Notes: generated from the letters alone by a model not told the origin. Positions 9,747 to 19,607 are shown, counted from the first letter of the stretch. The stretch: DNA of 64,000 nt from an uncultured Planctomycetota bacterium (GCA_963841915.1 CAWJEN010000005.1:768001-832000), one strand, 5' to 3'. Made by a program: numbers and translations.

Positions 9747-10397
9747 CTACTCATCTCTCATTACGCGTTTCTGCCTCGGCAGATAATCCCACGCGCTCCA
9801 AAGCGTCACCGCCACCGTGCCCCAGATCGCGATGTGGCGCAGCACCCGTAGGAAGATCTCCAGCCCGTCGCCTCGCTCAAGCCAGCCGCGACCAAAGACG
9901 TAGACGAGCACGACCGGAATCGCGATCGACTGGAACACCATCTTGAACTTGCCCGCCCATTTGGCCCCGCTGGCCACCCCTGCCGCCTCGCCCATCGAGC
10001 GAATCGTCGTCACCAGCAGCTCGCGACCCAGTAGCAAAACTACCACGATCGGCCCAACGCCCGTCAGGTGCTCACCCGTCGCTTTGTCGATAAAGGTGGG
10101 CGACGCGAGGAAGATAAACGTGCCGAGCACGAGCATTTTGTCGCAAAATGGGTCGACGACGCGACCGAACGGGCTGGTGACGTCCCACTTGCGGGCGAGG
10201 TAGCCGTCGAGCCAATCCGTCGCCGCCGCCAGGCCGTAGACCCAGCCGGCGGTAAAAAGCCACCAGCTCATGGACGTCGTGCCGTGCTCGTAGAACCGCA
10301 GCATCGCAAAGAAGATCGCCGCGACCACAAGCCGTGCGACGGTGATCGCGTTGGGCACGCGACGGCGGATCTTGGGGTCAGCCAGCGACAACAACAC
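9747..10397 (-). CDS. pgsA: CDP-alcohol phosphatidyltransferase (PgsA-like)
   Basis: PNAITVARL and TDWLDGYLARKWDVTSPFGRVVDPFCDK signature. Start trimmed from the long ORF and approximate. Confidence 0.88.
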   Translation of the reverse strand: MLLSLADPKIRRRVPNAITVARLVVAAIFFAMLRFYEHGTTSMSWWLFTAGWVYGLAAATDWLDGYLARKWDVTSPFGRVVDPFCDKMLVLGTFIFLASPTFIDKATGEHLTGVGPIVVVLLLGRELLVTTIRSMGEAAGVASGAKWAGKFKMVFQSIAIPVVLVYVFGRGWLERGDGLEIFLRVLRHIAIWGTVAVTLWSAWDYLPRQKRVMRDE

Positions 10398-10481
10398 GAT
10401 GAAGTGACCATAGCTTGCCGCGCCCGTGACGCGAATAGCGGGTGGAGTCGACGCTTCACCCGTGCGGGCGAACGATGGGCC

Positions 10482-11447
10482 GTGCAGACGTCCGCCGAGC
10501 CCACGCCACCGCGCGATCCTGTGCCGCCCCTTGTCGCGCCGCGTCAGATCATCACCCACGCCAGCGACATGGCCGTCGTCGCCTCGGGAGAGGCGACGCT
10601 GGGCGAGATCGATGCCAGGCTGGCCGAGCTGTCGCCGGTGCCTCAATGGCTGCCCATCGACGGCGACGCCTCCATGACGCTTCGGCAGGCCATCGACGCC
10701 GACACGAGCGGGCCGCTTCGCCTGAGCCAGGGCGGTTGGCGTGACCGCATCACCGGCCTTCAATACGCCGACTCCACTGACACACTCGTCACCGTCGGTG
10801 GGCTTCCGATCAAGAACGTCGCCGGATATGACCTGGCCAAGCTGTTCGTCGGCGGGCACGGCTGCTTCGGCCGCATCGTCAGCGTCAGCGTCCGCACCGC
10901 CAGGCGTCCCGAGCGGGCGCTGGCGCGGTGGATCGACGTGCCAGAGGGTCAATCCCTGCCGACCGTCGTCAACGAACTGCTGACGAGCCCTGTTCCGCCT
11001 GCATGGCTTTTGGTGACCGGTGGCGGGCTTCGGGCCGGTTGGCACGGGTCGTCGTCGGAGATCGAGCGGTTGCAGCCGCACGTGGGCGAGGGTGCCGCCG
11101 AGCGTCCGTTGGCAGATGACGTTGAAGAGCGGCGTCTGGCGACGCATCGACCGACGCGGGCGGTGGTGTCCCCGGCCGAGGTCGCCCCCTTTGCCGCCGA
11201 CCTGCGGGCCGACGGCCTGACGGATTGGGCGATCGATCCGGTACACGGCGTGGCCTGGCTTGCGGCGGTGGCGTGGGACGTCGCACGTCGGGCAGCCACC
11301 CGACGTGGCGGCCACGCCACCCGCTACCGCGACGACGGTGACCTTTGCGACGGCATCCCCGACGCCACCGCCGCCTTCCTCCGCCGGCTCAAGTCGACGC
11401 TCGACCCCACGGGCTCGCTCCCGCCCCTACCGGCCGGTGTCCGGTGA
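10482..11447 (+). CDS. FAD-binding oxidoreductase, GlcE-like
   Basis: GGLPIKNVAGYDLAKLFVGGHGCFG and C-terminal RLKSTLDPTG; upstream of a GlcF-like gene. Start approximate. Confidence 0.8.
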   Translation: MQTSAEPTPPRDPVPPLVAPRQIITHASDMAVVASGEATLGEIDARLAELSPVPQWLPIDGDASMTLRQAIDADTSGPLRLSQGGWRDRITGLQYADSTDTLVTVGGLPIKNVAGYDLAKLFVGGHGCFGRIVSVSVRTARRPERALARWIDVPEGQSLPTVVNELLTSPVPPAWLLVTGGGLRAGWHGSSSEIERLQPHVGEGAAERPLADDVEERRLATHRPTRAVVSPAEVAPFAADLRADGLTDWAIDPVHGVAWLAAVAWDVARRAATRRGGHATRYRDDGDLCDGIPDATAAFLRRLKSTLDPTGSLPPLPAGVR

Positions 11448-11518
11448 AACACGCGCTCCAAGGGAGCGTCTTGTCACCTATAGAACCGCATCGGGGCCGA
11501 TAACGCACTAGGGGTCTG

Positions 11519-13033
11519 ATGCCATCACCCCGACCCGCCGATGGTGATGATGTGACCCTTGCTCCTGACGTTCGTGAGTTTGCCGATTCGGAACGGGGTG
11601 ACGCACAGCCGACCACCGAGACGTCGTTCGAGCCCGCTGCCGAGCCAGCCGAAGCCGGGCAAGCGGCAATTAAGCTGTCACCCGCCGCCCGCGTGGCCGG
11701 TGACGCGTGCGTGCAGTGTGGGTTGTGTCTGCCGGCTTGCCCGACGTATCTCGAAACCGCCAGCGAGGCCGACAGCCCACGCGGCCGCATCCGCATCATG
11801 CTCGGCCTCGACACGGGTGAGGTGCCGGCGACCGATGCCGCAACGGAACATCTCGATCGCTGCCTGGGTTGCCGGGCGTGCGAGACGGCCTGCCCCAGCG
11901 GCGTCTCGTACCACACGCTCTTCGATGAGGCCCGCAACAAGCTCGCCCACGATCGCGTCGACGGTGGCAAGCCTGAGAAGCCGCTGAGCCGTGTGCAGCG
12001 GGCCGTCTTCCTTGGCCTGCTCGCACGACCCAATCGCCTGCGGGCGAGCCTGGCTGTGGCACGGCTGAGCGATCGCGTCGGTCTCCGCAAGATCGCCCGC
12101 AAGCTCGGACTGACCAGCTTGCTGGGGCCGACGCTCAAGCGGATGGACCAACTGCTACCGAGCGACGACGGAGCTGCCATCTGGCCCAAGCCGCTGCCGG
12201 CGCACAGCCGTGCCGGTGGCATGGACATGGTCGTCACGATGCTCGACCCGGGTCGAGCCGACGATGCGGGCACCGTGCAGACGGTCGTCGCATTCTTCGA
12301 AGGATGCGTGGCGGGCGTGATGGCTCCCGACGTGCACCAAAAGGCGGCAGAGCTGCTTTGTTACGCCGGCGCAGACGTCATCAGCCCGCCGGACCAGGTC
12401 TGCTGCGGCGCGATTCATCAGCACGCCGGTGAGGGTGATCAGGCCCGCAACCTGGCGCGGAGTAACATCGACACGTACCTGCCGGACCGCGGGCCCGAGC
12501 CGACCTACATCACGACCTGCACCGCCGGTGACGGCGCGATGCTCCGCGGCTACGGCGAACTGCTGGCGGGCGATTCTCGCTACGCCAAGCGGGCCAAACG
12601 CTTCAGCGAGCTGGTCCGCGACGTGACGGAGGTGCTTCAGGAGCTTGGCGTCGGTCAGGGTGACAACGCCTTCGAGTACGACGTGCCGCTGCGTGCGGCG
12701 TACCACGACGCGTGCCACCTTGCCCACGCTCAGCGCGTGACGAGTCCGCCGCGGGAGATGCTGTCGCGTGTGCCGGGTCTGGAACTGGTTGCTCTGCCGG
12801 AGTCAGACGTGTGCTGTGGTGCTGCCGGGACGTACAACCTGACACAGCCGGAGATGGCGACGCAGCTTGCCGAGCGGAAGCTGGCCAACTTCGAGCCGCT
12901 GGAGGCCGACGTGCTCGTCAGTGGCAACATCGGCTGCACGATGCACCTGGCCGCCACGGCGACGAACCAGCAGCGTCCGGTGAAGATCGTCCATCCCGTC
13001 GAGTTGCTCCACGCAGCCGCGTTCGGAGCGTGA
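11519..13033 (+). CDS. glcF: Fe-S oxidoreductase, GlcF-like
   Basis: Two CxxCxxCxxxCP motifs and two CCG domains (QVCCGA; YHDACHLAH...CCGAAG...NIGC). Confidence 0.85.
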   Translation: MPSPRPADGDDVTLAPDVREFADSERGDAQPTTETSFEPAAEPAEAGQAAIKLSPAARVAGDACVQCGLCLPACPTYLETASEADSPRGRIRIMLGLDTGEVPATDAATEHLDRCLGCRACETACPSGVSYHTLFDEARNKLAHDRVDGGKPEKPLSRVQRAVFLGLLARPNRLRASLAVARLSDRVGLRKIARKLGLTSLLGPTLKRMDQLLPSDDGAAIWPKPLPAHSRAGGMDMVVTMLDPGRADDAGTVQTVVAFFEGCVAGVMAPDVHQKAAELLCYAGADVISPPDQVCCGAIHQHAGEGDQARNLARSNIDTYLPDRGPEPTYITTCTAGDGAMLRGYGELLAGDSRYAKRAKRFSELVRDVTEVLQELGVGQGDNAFEYDVPLRAAYHDACHLAHAQRVTSPPREMLSRVPGLELVALPESDVCCGAAGTYNLTQPEMATQLAERKLANFEPLEADVLVSGNIGCTMHLAATATNQQRPVKIVHPVELLHAAAFGA

Positions 13034-13070
13034 ACTTGCCGATCAGTGGGGCGTGAACTTGCCGATCAGT
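13028..13070. repeat. 20-bp exact direct repeat GCGTGAACTTGCCGATCAGT, two copies
   Basis: Copies at 13028-13047 and 13051-13070, separated by GGG. Confidence 0.95.
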
Positions 13071-15435
13071 AGGCAAGTCGCATCAGCGCAAGGTCGATGA
13101 CCAGGCGGTCGCGACCTGACGCAGACTCGCGGAGGCGACGCAGCAGACTCGGGCACGCCAGGAGCGTCGAGGCCGACGTGGCCCCGACGCGAAGTGCCTG
13201 CCGAGCCAGTCGCCTGGCTGCGTCACGGGGCAGGCCGATCGCGCGACAGGTTCGCCGGTCGAGGCCGGCGTGAGACACGCGGAATTGCCCTACGCGGCGG
13301 CGAATCTTGTTCCCCAGGAGCCCGAAGACGAGTCCACCGCTGACGAGCAAAACCAGCCCTGCCAGAACCGGTCCGGCATCGGCGGTCGACTCTGCCTTGC
13401 TGCCGCCGAAGCCGCTGGTGAGGGCTTGCAGTCGATCGCTGTCGACCGTGGCGACCATCGGCACACCGACCATGGCGGCACCTTGGGCGACCGCGCTGCT
13501 GCGAGCCTTGCGCATGTCGTCGGCCACGCGTCGGACGGTCCCGGCGGCGAGGCGACGGACGCCGGCGTCGCTGTCGCTGCGGGCGATCCGGGCGACCTCG
13601 TCGAGCAGGTTCCAGCGACGCGTTTCACCGACCGCCCACACGCCGCTGAGACGATGGTCGGCCCGCTGGTCTCGGAGCATGTCGAACAACGGTTGATTGG
13701 CGTCGGCCACGCCCAGCACGTCACTGGCAACAATGGCGTTGGCCCGCTCGCGATTGCGGCCTAAGCGCTCGCGGGCTTGGAGCAGGCGACGGAAATCGTC
13801 CGATTCCTGAGGTAAACCGGCTGCCTGCAAGGCTTCGACCGCGTTGGCGCGGACGCGGGCGTCGGGGTCGTCGAGCAATACACGAAGCTGTCGCATCGGC
13901 CCGCTGTCGGTGGCGCGGCGGACGACGGTCGCCAGCAACGTGACGCCGCGAGCGCGAGACTTGGCATCATCATCGCAGCAGGCGGCCATGACGAGGGGGG
14001 CAAAGCTGGCAACCAGCCCTGCCGACTCGGCGAGCTGAAGCGTGGCCAAACGGTGCGCCGGTGGCGTGGCGAGGGCGAGCCGTTCGACGGCGTCGGCCGG
14101 ATCGGGCAGCAGCTTCAACAGGGCCAGCACCGCCCGCGGCGCTTCGCGACGCTTTTCGCTGACCGCCCGATGCCAGACCTCGGTGAAGCAGCGTGTCAGC
14201 GTCTTGCCGCAGGTGCGGCGGACGGCCGGTGATTGGGCGCAGGCGGCGAGCAGTGCGCGCTCGGCGGCTTGGCGGTGCGGGCCGGGCTCGAGCCGCTCGA
14301 CCTGCCGATTCAATCGTTTTGCCGCCGACCGGGCCAAATGTTGCTCACTTGCGCCGGCGAGTTTTGCGAGCCAGCTCACCGGGAGTGCCGCGTCGCGGGC
14401 GGCCGTCGCCGAGGCGGCGTAGCGAAGGGTGCGCAGCCGTGTTGTATCGTCACTGGCGGCGTCGTCGACAATCGTCAGCAGCTCTGCTAATTCTGCATCG
14501 AAAACGCTGCCGGCGGCGCACCAAAACCCGACTTTTGCGAGGTCAAAGGGTGCCTCAGCGGGTGCGTCAGCCCTTCCGAACCCGTGCCGCGACAGCTCGT
14601 CACGCAACCGCTGAGGCGACCACCAAGGTCCTTCCCGCAGCGTCGCCACGGCAGCGGCGAACTTGGGCTCGGTCAATTGTTGTGCCTGCTCGGTGAAACC
14701 GACGAAGCCTTGGCCGGTCGCTCCGCCCAAAGCGTCTGCCAGGACCTGCTTGGCCTTAACACCCGCTGCCAAGGACGCGGCAGCCTCGATTGCGGTGCGC
14801 GGCGAGGACAATCGTGCCGCACACATCCCGCCACGACGTCGCAACAGCTCAATCAGCGGCCGGCGTTTGGCACCGGCGGCGATGAGTTGCACCGCCGCGT
14901 CGGCCAGGTTCGACTCGGCCACGCGTCCACCGCTGACCGCACTTCGCGGATCGTCCAAGGCGTCGGCAACAGCGTTTTCTAAGGCATCTCGGGTGGTTTC
15001 ACAGTCGGCCGCCTGCTCGTTGGCGAGCGACAGCACGGCAGCGGTCGCAGCTTCGGCGGTGGTGGTGTCCCTGCAGCGAAGCAGCGACGCCAGCACGGTC
15101 ACGCCCGCCGAGCCTTCGCAGCGGGCCGCGAACGCCGCTGCCGATAGTCGTGCCGCTTCGTCCTTGCCTCGGGCGACTCTCGTGCCTGCATTGATGAAGC
15201 GGTCGGCCTCGGCGACCACCGCCAGCTGTGCCGCCGCCGTAAGCGTCGAGAACTCGGTGATCAGGCCATGTAAACCGTCGGGTTTCCCACGTTTCAGCAC
15301 AGCGGCGACCGCAGCGCGGGCTTCCTCGTCGTCGCCGAGTTTGGCAGCCTCGACCAGCACGGCATCGGCCACCGCGGCGGCATCGGCGGCGAGAAGGCGG
15401 TAAACGGTCTGCAGCACATCCTTGTTATCGGACAA
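13066..15435 (-). CDS. HEAT-repeat protein with C-terminal membrane segment
   Basis: LLDDPDARVRANAVEAL, HRLSGVWAVG and DSDAGVRRLAA repeats; hydrophobic VLAGLVLLVSGGLVFGLL near the C-terminus. Confidence 0.8.
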   Translation of the reverse strand: MSDNKDVLQTVYRLLAADAAAVADAVLVEAAKLGDDEEARAAVAAVLKRGKPDGLHGLITEFSTLTAAAQLAVVAEADRFINAGTRVARGKDEAARLSAAAFAARCEGSAGVTVLASLLRCRDTTTAEAATAAVLSLANEQAADCETTRDALENAVADALDDPRSAVSGGRVAESNLADAAVQLIAAGAKRRPLIELLRRRGGMCAARLSSPRTAIEAAASLAAGVKAKQVLADALGGATGQGFVGFTEQAQQLTEPKFAAAVATLREGPWWSPQRLRDELSRHGFGRADAPAEAPFDLAKVGFWCAAGSVFDAELAELLTIVDDAASDDTTRLRTLRYAASATAARDAALPVSWLAKLAGASEQHLARSAAKRLNRQVERLEPGPHRQAAERALLAACAQSPAVRRTCGKTLTRCFTEVWHRAVSEKRREAPRAVLALLKLLPDPADAVERLALATPPAHRLATLQLAESAGLVASFAPLVMAACCDDDAKSRARGVTLLATVVRRATDSGPMRQLRVLLDDPDARVRANAVEALQAAGLPQESDDFRRLLQARERLGRNRERANAIVASDVLGVADANQPLFDMLRDQRADHRLSGVWAVGETRRWNLLDEVARIARSDSDAGVRRLAAGTVRRVADDMRKARSSAVAQGAAMVGVPMVATVDSDRLQALTSGFGGSKAESTADAGPVLAGLVLLVSGGLVFGLLGNKIRRRVGQFRVSHAGLDRRTCRAIGLPRDAARRLARQALRVGATSASTLLACPSLLRRLRESASGRDRLVIDLALMRLAY

Positions 15436-15460
15436 ACCTGCACGCCATCACCAACCACGC

Positions 15461-15853
15461 TCAATCGTCGGCTGTGTGCTGCTTCAGCACCTCGAGCGAC
15501 ACGACTTGTAGCGACTTCTCATGCGTCGCCTCCAGCACGATCGGCGGCGCAACGCCCGCCTCGGCCGCCTCAAGCCATCGGCCGCTGCACAGGCACCACC
15601 GGTCGCCCGGCTTCAGCCCCGCAAAATCGTACTCGGGTCGCGGCGTCGACAAGTCGTTGCCCTGAACGGCTGTAAAGGCCAGAAACTCTGCTGTCACCAC
15701 GGCGCAGACGGTGTGACTGCCGATGTCATTGGGTCCCGTGTTGCAGCAGCCGTCACGGTAGAAGCCGGTCACCGGGTTGGTGCCGCAGAGACCTAGGGGT
15801 CCGCCCAGGACGTTGCGGGCGACGGGCTTTTTGGAATGGGTGTCAGGGCGCAT
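15461..15853 (-). CDS. DUF2237 family protein
   Basis: NVLGGPL, PVTGFYRDGCC, GNDLSTP, GLKPGDRWCLC, LEATH. Confidence 0.9.
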   Translation of the reverse strand: MRPDTHSKKPVARNVLGGPLGLCGTNPVTGFYRDGCCNTGPNDIGSHTVCAVVTAEFLAFTAVQGNDLSTPRPEYDFAGLKPGDRWCLCSGRWLEAAEAGVAPPIVLEATHEKSLQVVSLEVLKQHTADD

Positions 15854-15903
15854 CGCTCCATGGTACCGGTCAGCGCGGCATCGCCTTTGCAAACTGCCTT
15901 GAT

Positions 15904-16953
15904 ATGGGACTCCACCTCAGACCTCTCGAAGATCAAGTCATTGTGCTTACCGGTGCCAGCAGCGGCATCGGCCTGACCACGGCCCGCATGGCTGCGGAGC
16001 GTGGGGCCAAGCTCGTACTTGCCGCCCGCAGCGAGGAGGCGCTGCGTGACCTTGCCGACGAAATCAACAACAACGGCGGCGAGGCCCTCGCCGTCACGTG
16101 CGATGTGTCAATCGAGGACGACGTCAAACGCCTCGCCGAGGCGGCCGTCACCCGATTTGGCCGCATCGACACGTGGATCAACGACGCGGGCGTCGGCATG
16201 TACGGCAAAATCCTCGACACACCGGCAGATGATGCCAAGAAGCTGTACGAGACGAACGTCATGGGCGTGCTGCACGGCAGTCAGGCGGCGGTACGTCACT
16301 TCGTCAGCCGTGAGGACCAGAAGTACGACGGCACCCTCATCAACATCGGCAGCGTTTTGTCCTATCAGGCGACGCCGATCCAAGGGATCTACAGCAGCTC
16401 CAAGCACGCGGTGAAGGGTCTGACCGACTCGCTGCGGATGGAAGTGCTCGCCGACGACCTGCCGGTGAGCGTGACGTGCATCATGCCAGCGGCGATTGAT
16501 ACGCCCTACGCCGAGCACGCACCGAACTACATGGGCGTCGAGGCGACGCTACCGCCACCGGCGTATCGGCCGGAGGTCGTCGCCCGGGCGATCCTGCACG
16601 CGGCTGCGACACCGACGCGCGATCTCACGGTCGGCGGCGCGCTCAAACCGACGACGATGCTGAACAAGGTGCTGCCGGGACTGGTCGACTCCGTCATGGC
16701 CGCCCTCATGCCGGCGGCCCAGCGGAACGACGATCAGCCGATCGGCTCGGTCGAGCGTCGCGGCCTGACCACGCCCAGCGGCAGCACCAAGTATGGCGCA
16801 GGTCGCCAGCGGTCGACGGAGGGCCATCTCGCCATGCCGTTCAGCGCCTACACGCAGGCCCGCATGCATCCCGTCGCGGCGGCGGCGGTGTTGGCCGGTG
16901 CAGGGCTCCTCGTCTCTGCCGTCGTAGGCGGACTCACCGGAGACGACGACTGA
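15904..16953 (+). CDS. SDR-family oxidoreductase
   Basis: TGASSGIG, INDAG and the catalytic YSSSK motif. Confidence 0.92.
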   Translation: MGLHLRPLEDQVIVLTGASSGIGLTTARMAAERGAKLVLAARSEEALRDLADEINNNGGEALAVTCDVSIEDDVKRLAEAAVTRFGRIDTWINDAGVGMYGKILDTPADDAKKLYETNVMGVLHGSQAAVRHFVSREDQKYDGTLINIGSVLSYQATPIQGIYSSSKHAVKGLTDSLRMEVLADDLPVSVTCIMPAAIDTPYAEHAPNYMGVEATLPPPAYRPEVVARAILHAAATPTRDLTVGGALKPTTMLNKVLPGLVDSVMAALMPAAQRNDDQPIGSVERRGLTTPSGSTKYGAGRQRSTEGHLAMPFSAYTQARMHPVAAAAVLAGAGLLVSAVVGGLTGDDD

Positions 16954-17270
16954 TGGCCAGCGTCAACCGCGGCATCAGCATTCTGCTTCACGCCTTGCAC
17001 GCCTTCGAACTCGCCGCCGACGATGCAAGCGTCGACGCCGAGACGAAGGCGATGCTGGGCCTGGGCGCGTACGACTCGATCCGCGTCATCGCCAACAAGT
17101 GGCACGCCAAAGCCGACCGCGGCGACAAGAAGCGGATGGCCGACTTCGCAGAGCTGGACTCGTGGTATCGCCGCTGGCTTTCAGCAGCGCGGTCAGTCGA
17201 TCACGCGTCGCTCTCCAAGACGATTCAGGAGGTCGAGGCGGCCGTCGCGGCAAAGCCACGTAGCGTCTGA
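16953..17270 (+). CDS. Hypothetical protein
   Basis: ATG overlaps the SDR stop (TGATG); helical, natural-looking composition. Confidence 0.6.
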   Translation: MASVNRGISILLHALHAFELAADDASVDAETKAMLGLGAYDSIRVIANKWHAKADRGDKKRMADFAELDSWYRRWLSAARSVDHASLSKTIQEVEAAVAAKPRSV

Positions 17271-17356
17271 AGTAGTTGGTTTCGAATTTCAGGGCACCGA
17301 ACAGCGGTCTGACGCGGCTCTTGACGAAGCCAATGCTGTCGTAAGCTTGTCGCGAG

Positions 17357-18361
17357 ATGATCATCACGACCCACGCTTATGCCCGTGCCGGCCTAGTCGG
17401 TAACCCCTCCGACGGTTACTTTGGCAAAACCATCTCGCTCGCCATCCGCGACTACAAGGTGACGGTGCGTCTGTGGGATTCGCCCACGTTCGAGATCGTC
17501 CCAGGCAGTGGTGATTTGTGCCGATACGAAACGGTCGACAGCTTCCTGCGCGACGCCAAGCTCATGGGCTACTACGGCGCGATGCGGCTGATCAAGGCGA
17601 CCATCAAGCGGTTTCACGACTACTGCCGCGAGGCTGACAAGGACATCACGGGCCGCGGCAACTTCACCATAGCGTTCGACACCGACATTCCGCGCCTTGT
17701 CGGCCTCAGCGGGTCGAGCGGCATCGTCGTCGCGACGATGCGGGCGCTCATGAAGTTCTACGACGTCGAGATCAGCAACCAAGAGCTCCCGACGCTGGCG
17801 CTGAGCGTCGAGACGGTCGAGCTGGGCATCGCTGCCGGGCTGCAGGATCGCGTCGTCCAGACGTATGAGGGGCTCGTCTACATGGACTTTGACCGGGAGC
17901 TCGTCGAGCGGACGGGCGGCGGGCGGTACGAGCAGCTCACGCCTCAAAAGACGCCTCAGGTGTACGTCGCCTTCGACCCGGAGCGGGCAGAGGTCAGCGG
18001 CGTCACGCACCGCAATCTGCGGAAAGACTGGGAGAGTGGAGCGAAAGACGTGCACGATGCGATGGAGCGGCTGGCCCAACTCACCGACGCCGGTCGCCGG
18101 GCGATCCTCGACTTCGACATGAAGACGCTTCACGAGGTGACGAACGAGAACTACGAAGTCCGCAAAACGATCATGAAGGTCGCCCCGGAGAACGACAAGA
18201 TGGTGCAAGTGGCCCGCAGCGTCGGGGCATCGGCCAAGTTTGCCGGGAGCGGCGGCGCGATTGTGGGTGTTTACCTCGACGGTGACCAGTACAGTCGCCT
18301 CGTCGATGCGCTGGCTGAGATTCGCTGCACCTGCTTCCGGCCCGTCATCTTTGGCGACTGA
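17357..18361 (+). CDS. GHMP-family sugar kinase, glucuronokinase-like
   Basis: AYARAGLVGNPSDGYFGKTIS, IPRLVGLSGSS, ELGIAAGLQDRVVQ, AKFAGSGGA. Confidence 0.85.
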   Translation: MIITTHAYARAGLVGNPSDGYFGKTISLAIRDYKVTVRLWDSPTFEIVPGSGDLCRYETVDSFLRDAKLMGYYGAMRLIKATIKRFHDYCREADKDITGRGNFTIAFDTDIPRLVGLSGSSGIVVATMRALMKFYDVEISNQELPTLALSVETVELGIAAGLQDRVVQTYEGLVYMDFDRELVERTGGGRYEQLTPQKTPQVYVAFDPERAEVSGVTHRNLRKDWESGAKDVHDAMERLAQLTDAGRRAILDFDMKTLHEVTNENYEVRKTIMKVAPENDKMVQVARSVGASAKFAGSGGAIVGVYLDGDQYSRLVDALAEIRCTCFRPVIFGD

Positions 18362-18376
18362 CGCTTAGCATCGGCT

Positions 18377-18694
18377 GTGCTCCACCGCCTGCTCGTCGTC
18401 ACGCTGCTTCTCGTCGTCGGCTGCGCAAGCACGGAGGGCCAGAGTTTCGACGAGCTGGAAGATCGTGTGACGGTCTATTACGCGGCAGAAGAGGTTGAGC
18501 GGCCGTACCTGAGCCTCGGCACCATGGAGGCGACAGAGGCTGTCGGCGGTGACGAGCAATTGGCCTTGGCGGAGCTTGTTGTCGAGGCAAGGAATCGCGG
18601 GGCCGACGCCATGATTGTCGACATGGCGGCCGGGACGACGCAGCCTTCGGCAAAGGGCAAAAAGATGTCGGCCGAGTTCATCGCGTTCGACTGA
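18377..18694 (+). CDS. Small lipoprotein of unknown function
   Basis: Lipobox LVVGC; ARNRGADAMI resembles YbjQ-like folds. Confidence 0.7.
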   Translation: MLHRLLVVTLLLVVGCASTEGQSFDELEDRVTVYYAAEEVERPYLSLGTMEATEAVGGDEQLALAELVVEARNRGADAMIVDMAAGTTQPSAKGKKMSAEFIAFD

Positions 18695-18740
18695 GCCGCC
18701 TGGCTTTGCTTGGCCGGGGTCGATCGGCCATGATCGGGGC

Positions 18741-19607
18741 GTGATCCGAACTGCTGTCATTCCTGCTGCCGGCTTTGGCACTCGCATGCTGCCCGCAGCC
18801 AAGAGCGTGCCCAAAGAAATGCTGCCGATTCTGAGTCGGCCGACGATTGAGTACGTCGCCGAAGAGGCCGCCGACGCGGGCGTGGGTGATCTTCTGCTGG
18901 TCGTCTCTAGCGACAAGAAGGCGATCGAGGACCACTTCGACACGCATGCCGAGCTGGAGCGTCGGCTCAAGGACAAGGGCCGCGAGTCGTGGCTGGAGAC
19001 GGTGAATGATCTGCTGGCCCGGCTTCAAGTGTTCAGCGTCCGCCAACGCGAGCAACTCGGCCTCGGCCACGCCGTCCTGCAGGCAGAGCGCCATGTTGGT
19101 GATCGGCCGTTTCTGTGCATGCTTGGCGACACGATCTTCTCCGGTGGCAATCCGGCCAAGCAGCTCGTCGACGCACAAAAACAGCTCGGCGGCAGCGTCA
19201 TCGGCCTTGAGCGGGTGCCCAGGGACCTCGTTAGCCGCTACGGCATCGCCGGCGGCACGATGACGAGCGACACCGTGATGAAGCTCGACCGCCTCGTCGA
19301 AAAGCCGTCCGCAAGCGACGCCCCCAGCGACCTCGCCGTCGCCGCCCGTTACGTGCTGAGCCCGACGATCTTCAAGCTCCTCCACGACACTCCACGCGGC
19401 CGAGGCGATGAGATTCAGTTGACGGACTCCCTGCAGGAACTCATCCGCCAGGAGCCGGTCCACGGCGTCGTCCTAGACGCGACCCGCCATGACATTGGCA
19501 ACCCGGTCGACTGGCTCAAGACGAATCTGGCATTCGCGGCGAAGAACGACGAGCTGCGCGAATCACTTGCCCCGCTCGTCCTGAAGCTGTTCCCGAACAA
19601 GGGGTAG
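18741..19607 (+). CDS. galU: UTP--glucose-1-phosphate uridylyltransferase
   Basis: AVIPAAGFGTRMLPAAKSVPKEMLP, QLGLGHAV, VEKP, EIQLTD. GTG start at 18741. Confidence 0.93.
   Translation: MIRTAVIPAAGFGTRMLPAAKSVPKEMLPILSRPTIEYVAEEAADAGVGDLLLVVSSDKKAIEDHFDTHAELERRLKDKGRESWLETVNDLLARLQVFSVRQREQLGLGHAVLQAERHVGDRPFLCMLGDTIFSGGNPAKQLVDAQKQLGGSVIGLERVPRDLVSRYGIAGGTMTSDTVMKLDRLVEKPSASDAPSDLAVAARYVLSPTIFKLLHDTPRGRGDEIQLTDSLQELIRQEPVHGVVLDATRHDIGNPVDWLKTNLAFAAKNDELRESLAPLVLKLFPNKG

Noticed and set aside
10398..11315. Apparent long N-terminal fusion to pgsA (522-aa ORF)
   Set aside because: The extension is antisense to the GlcE-like gene.
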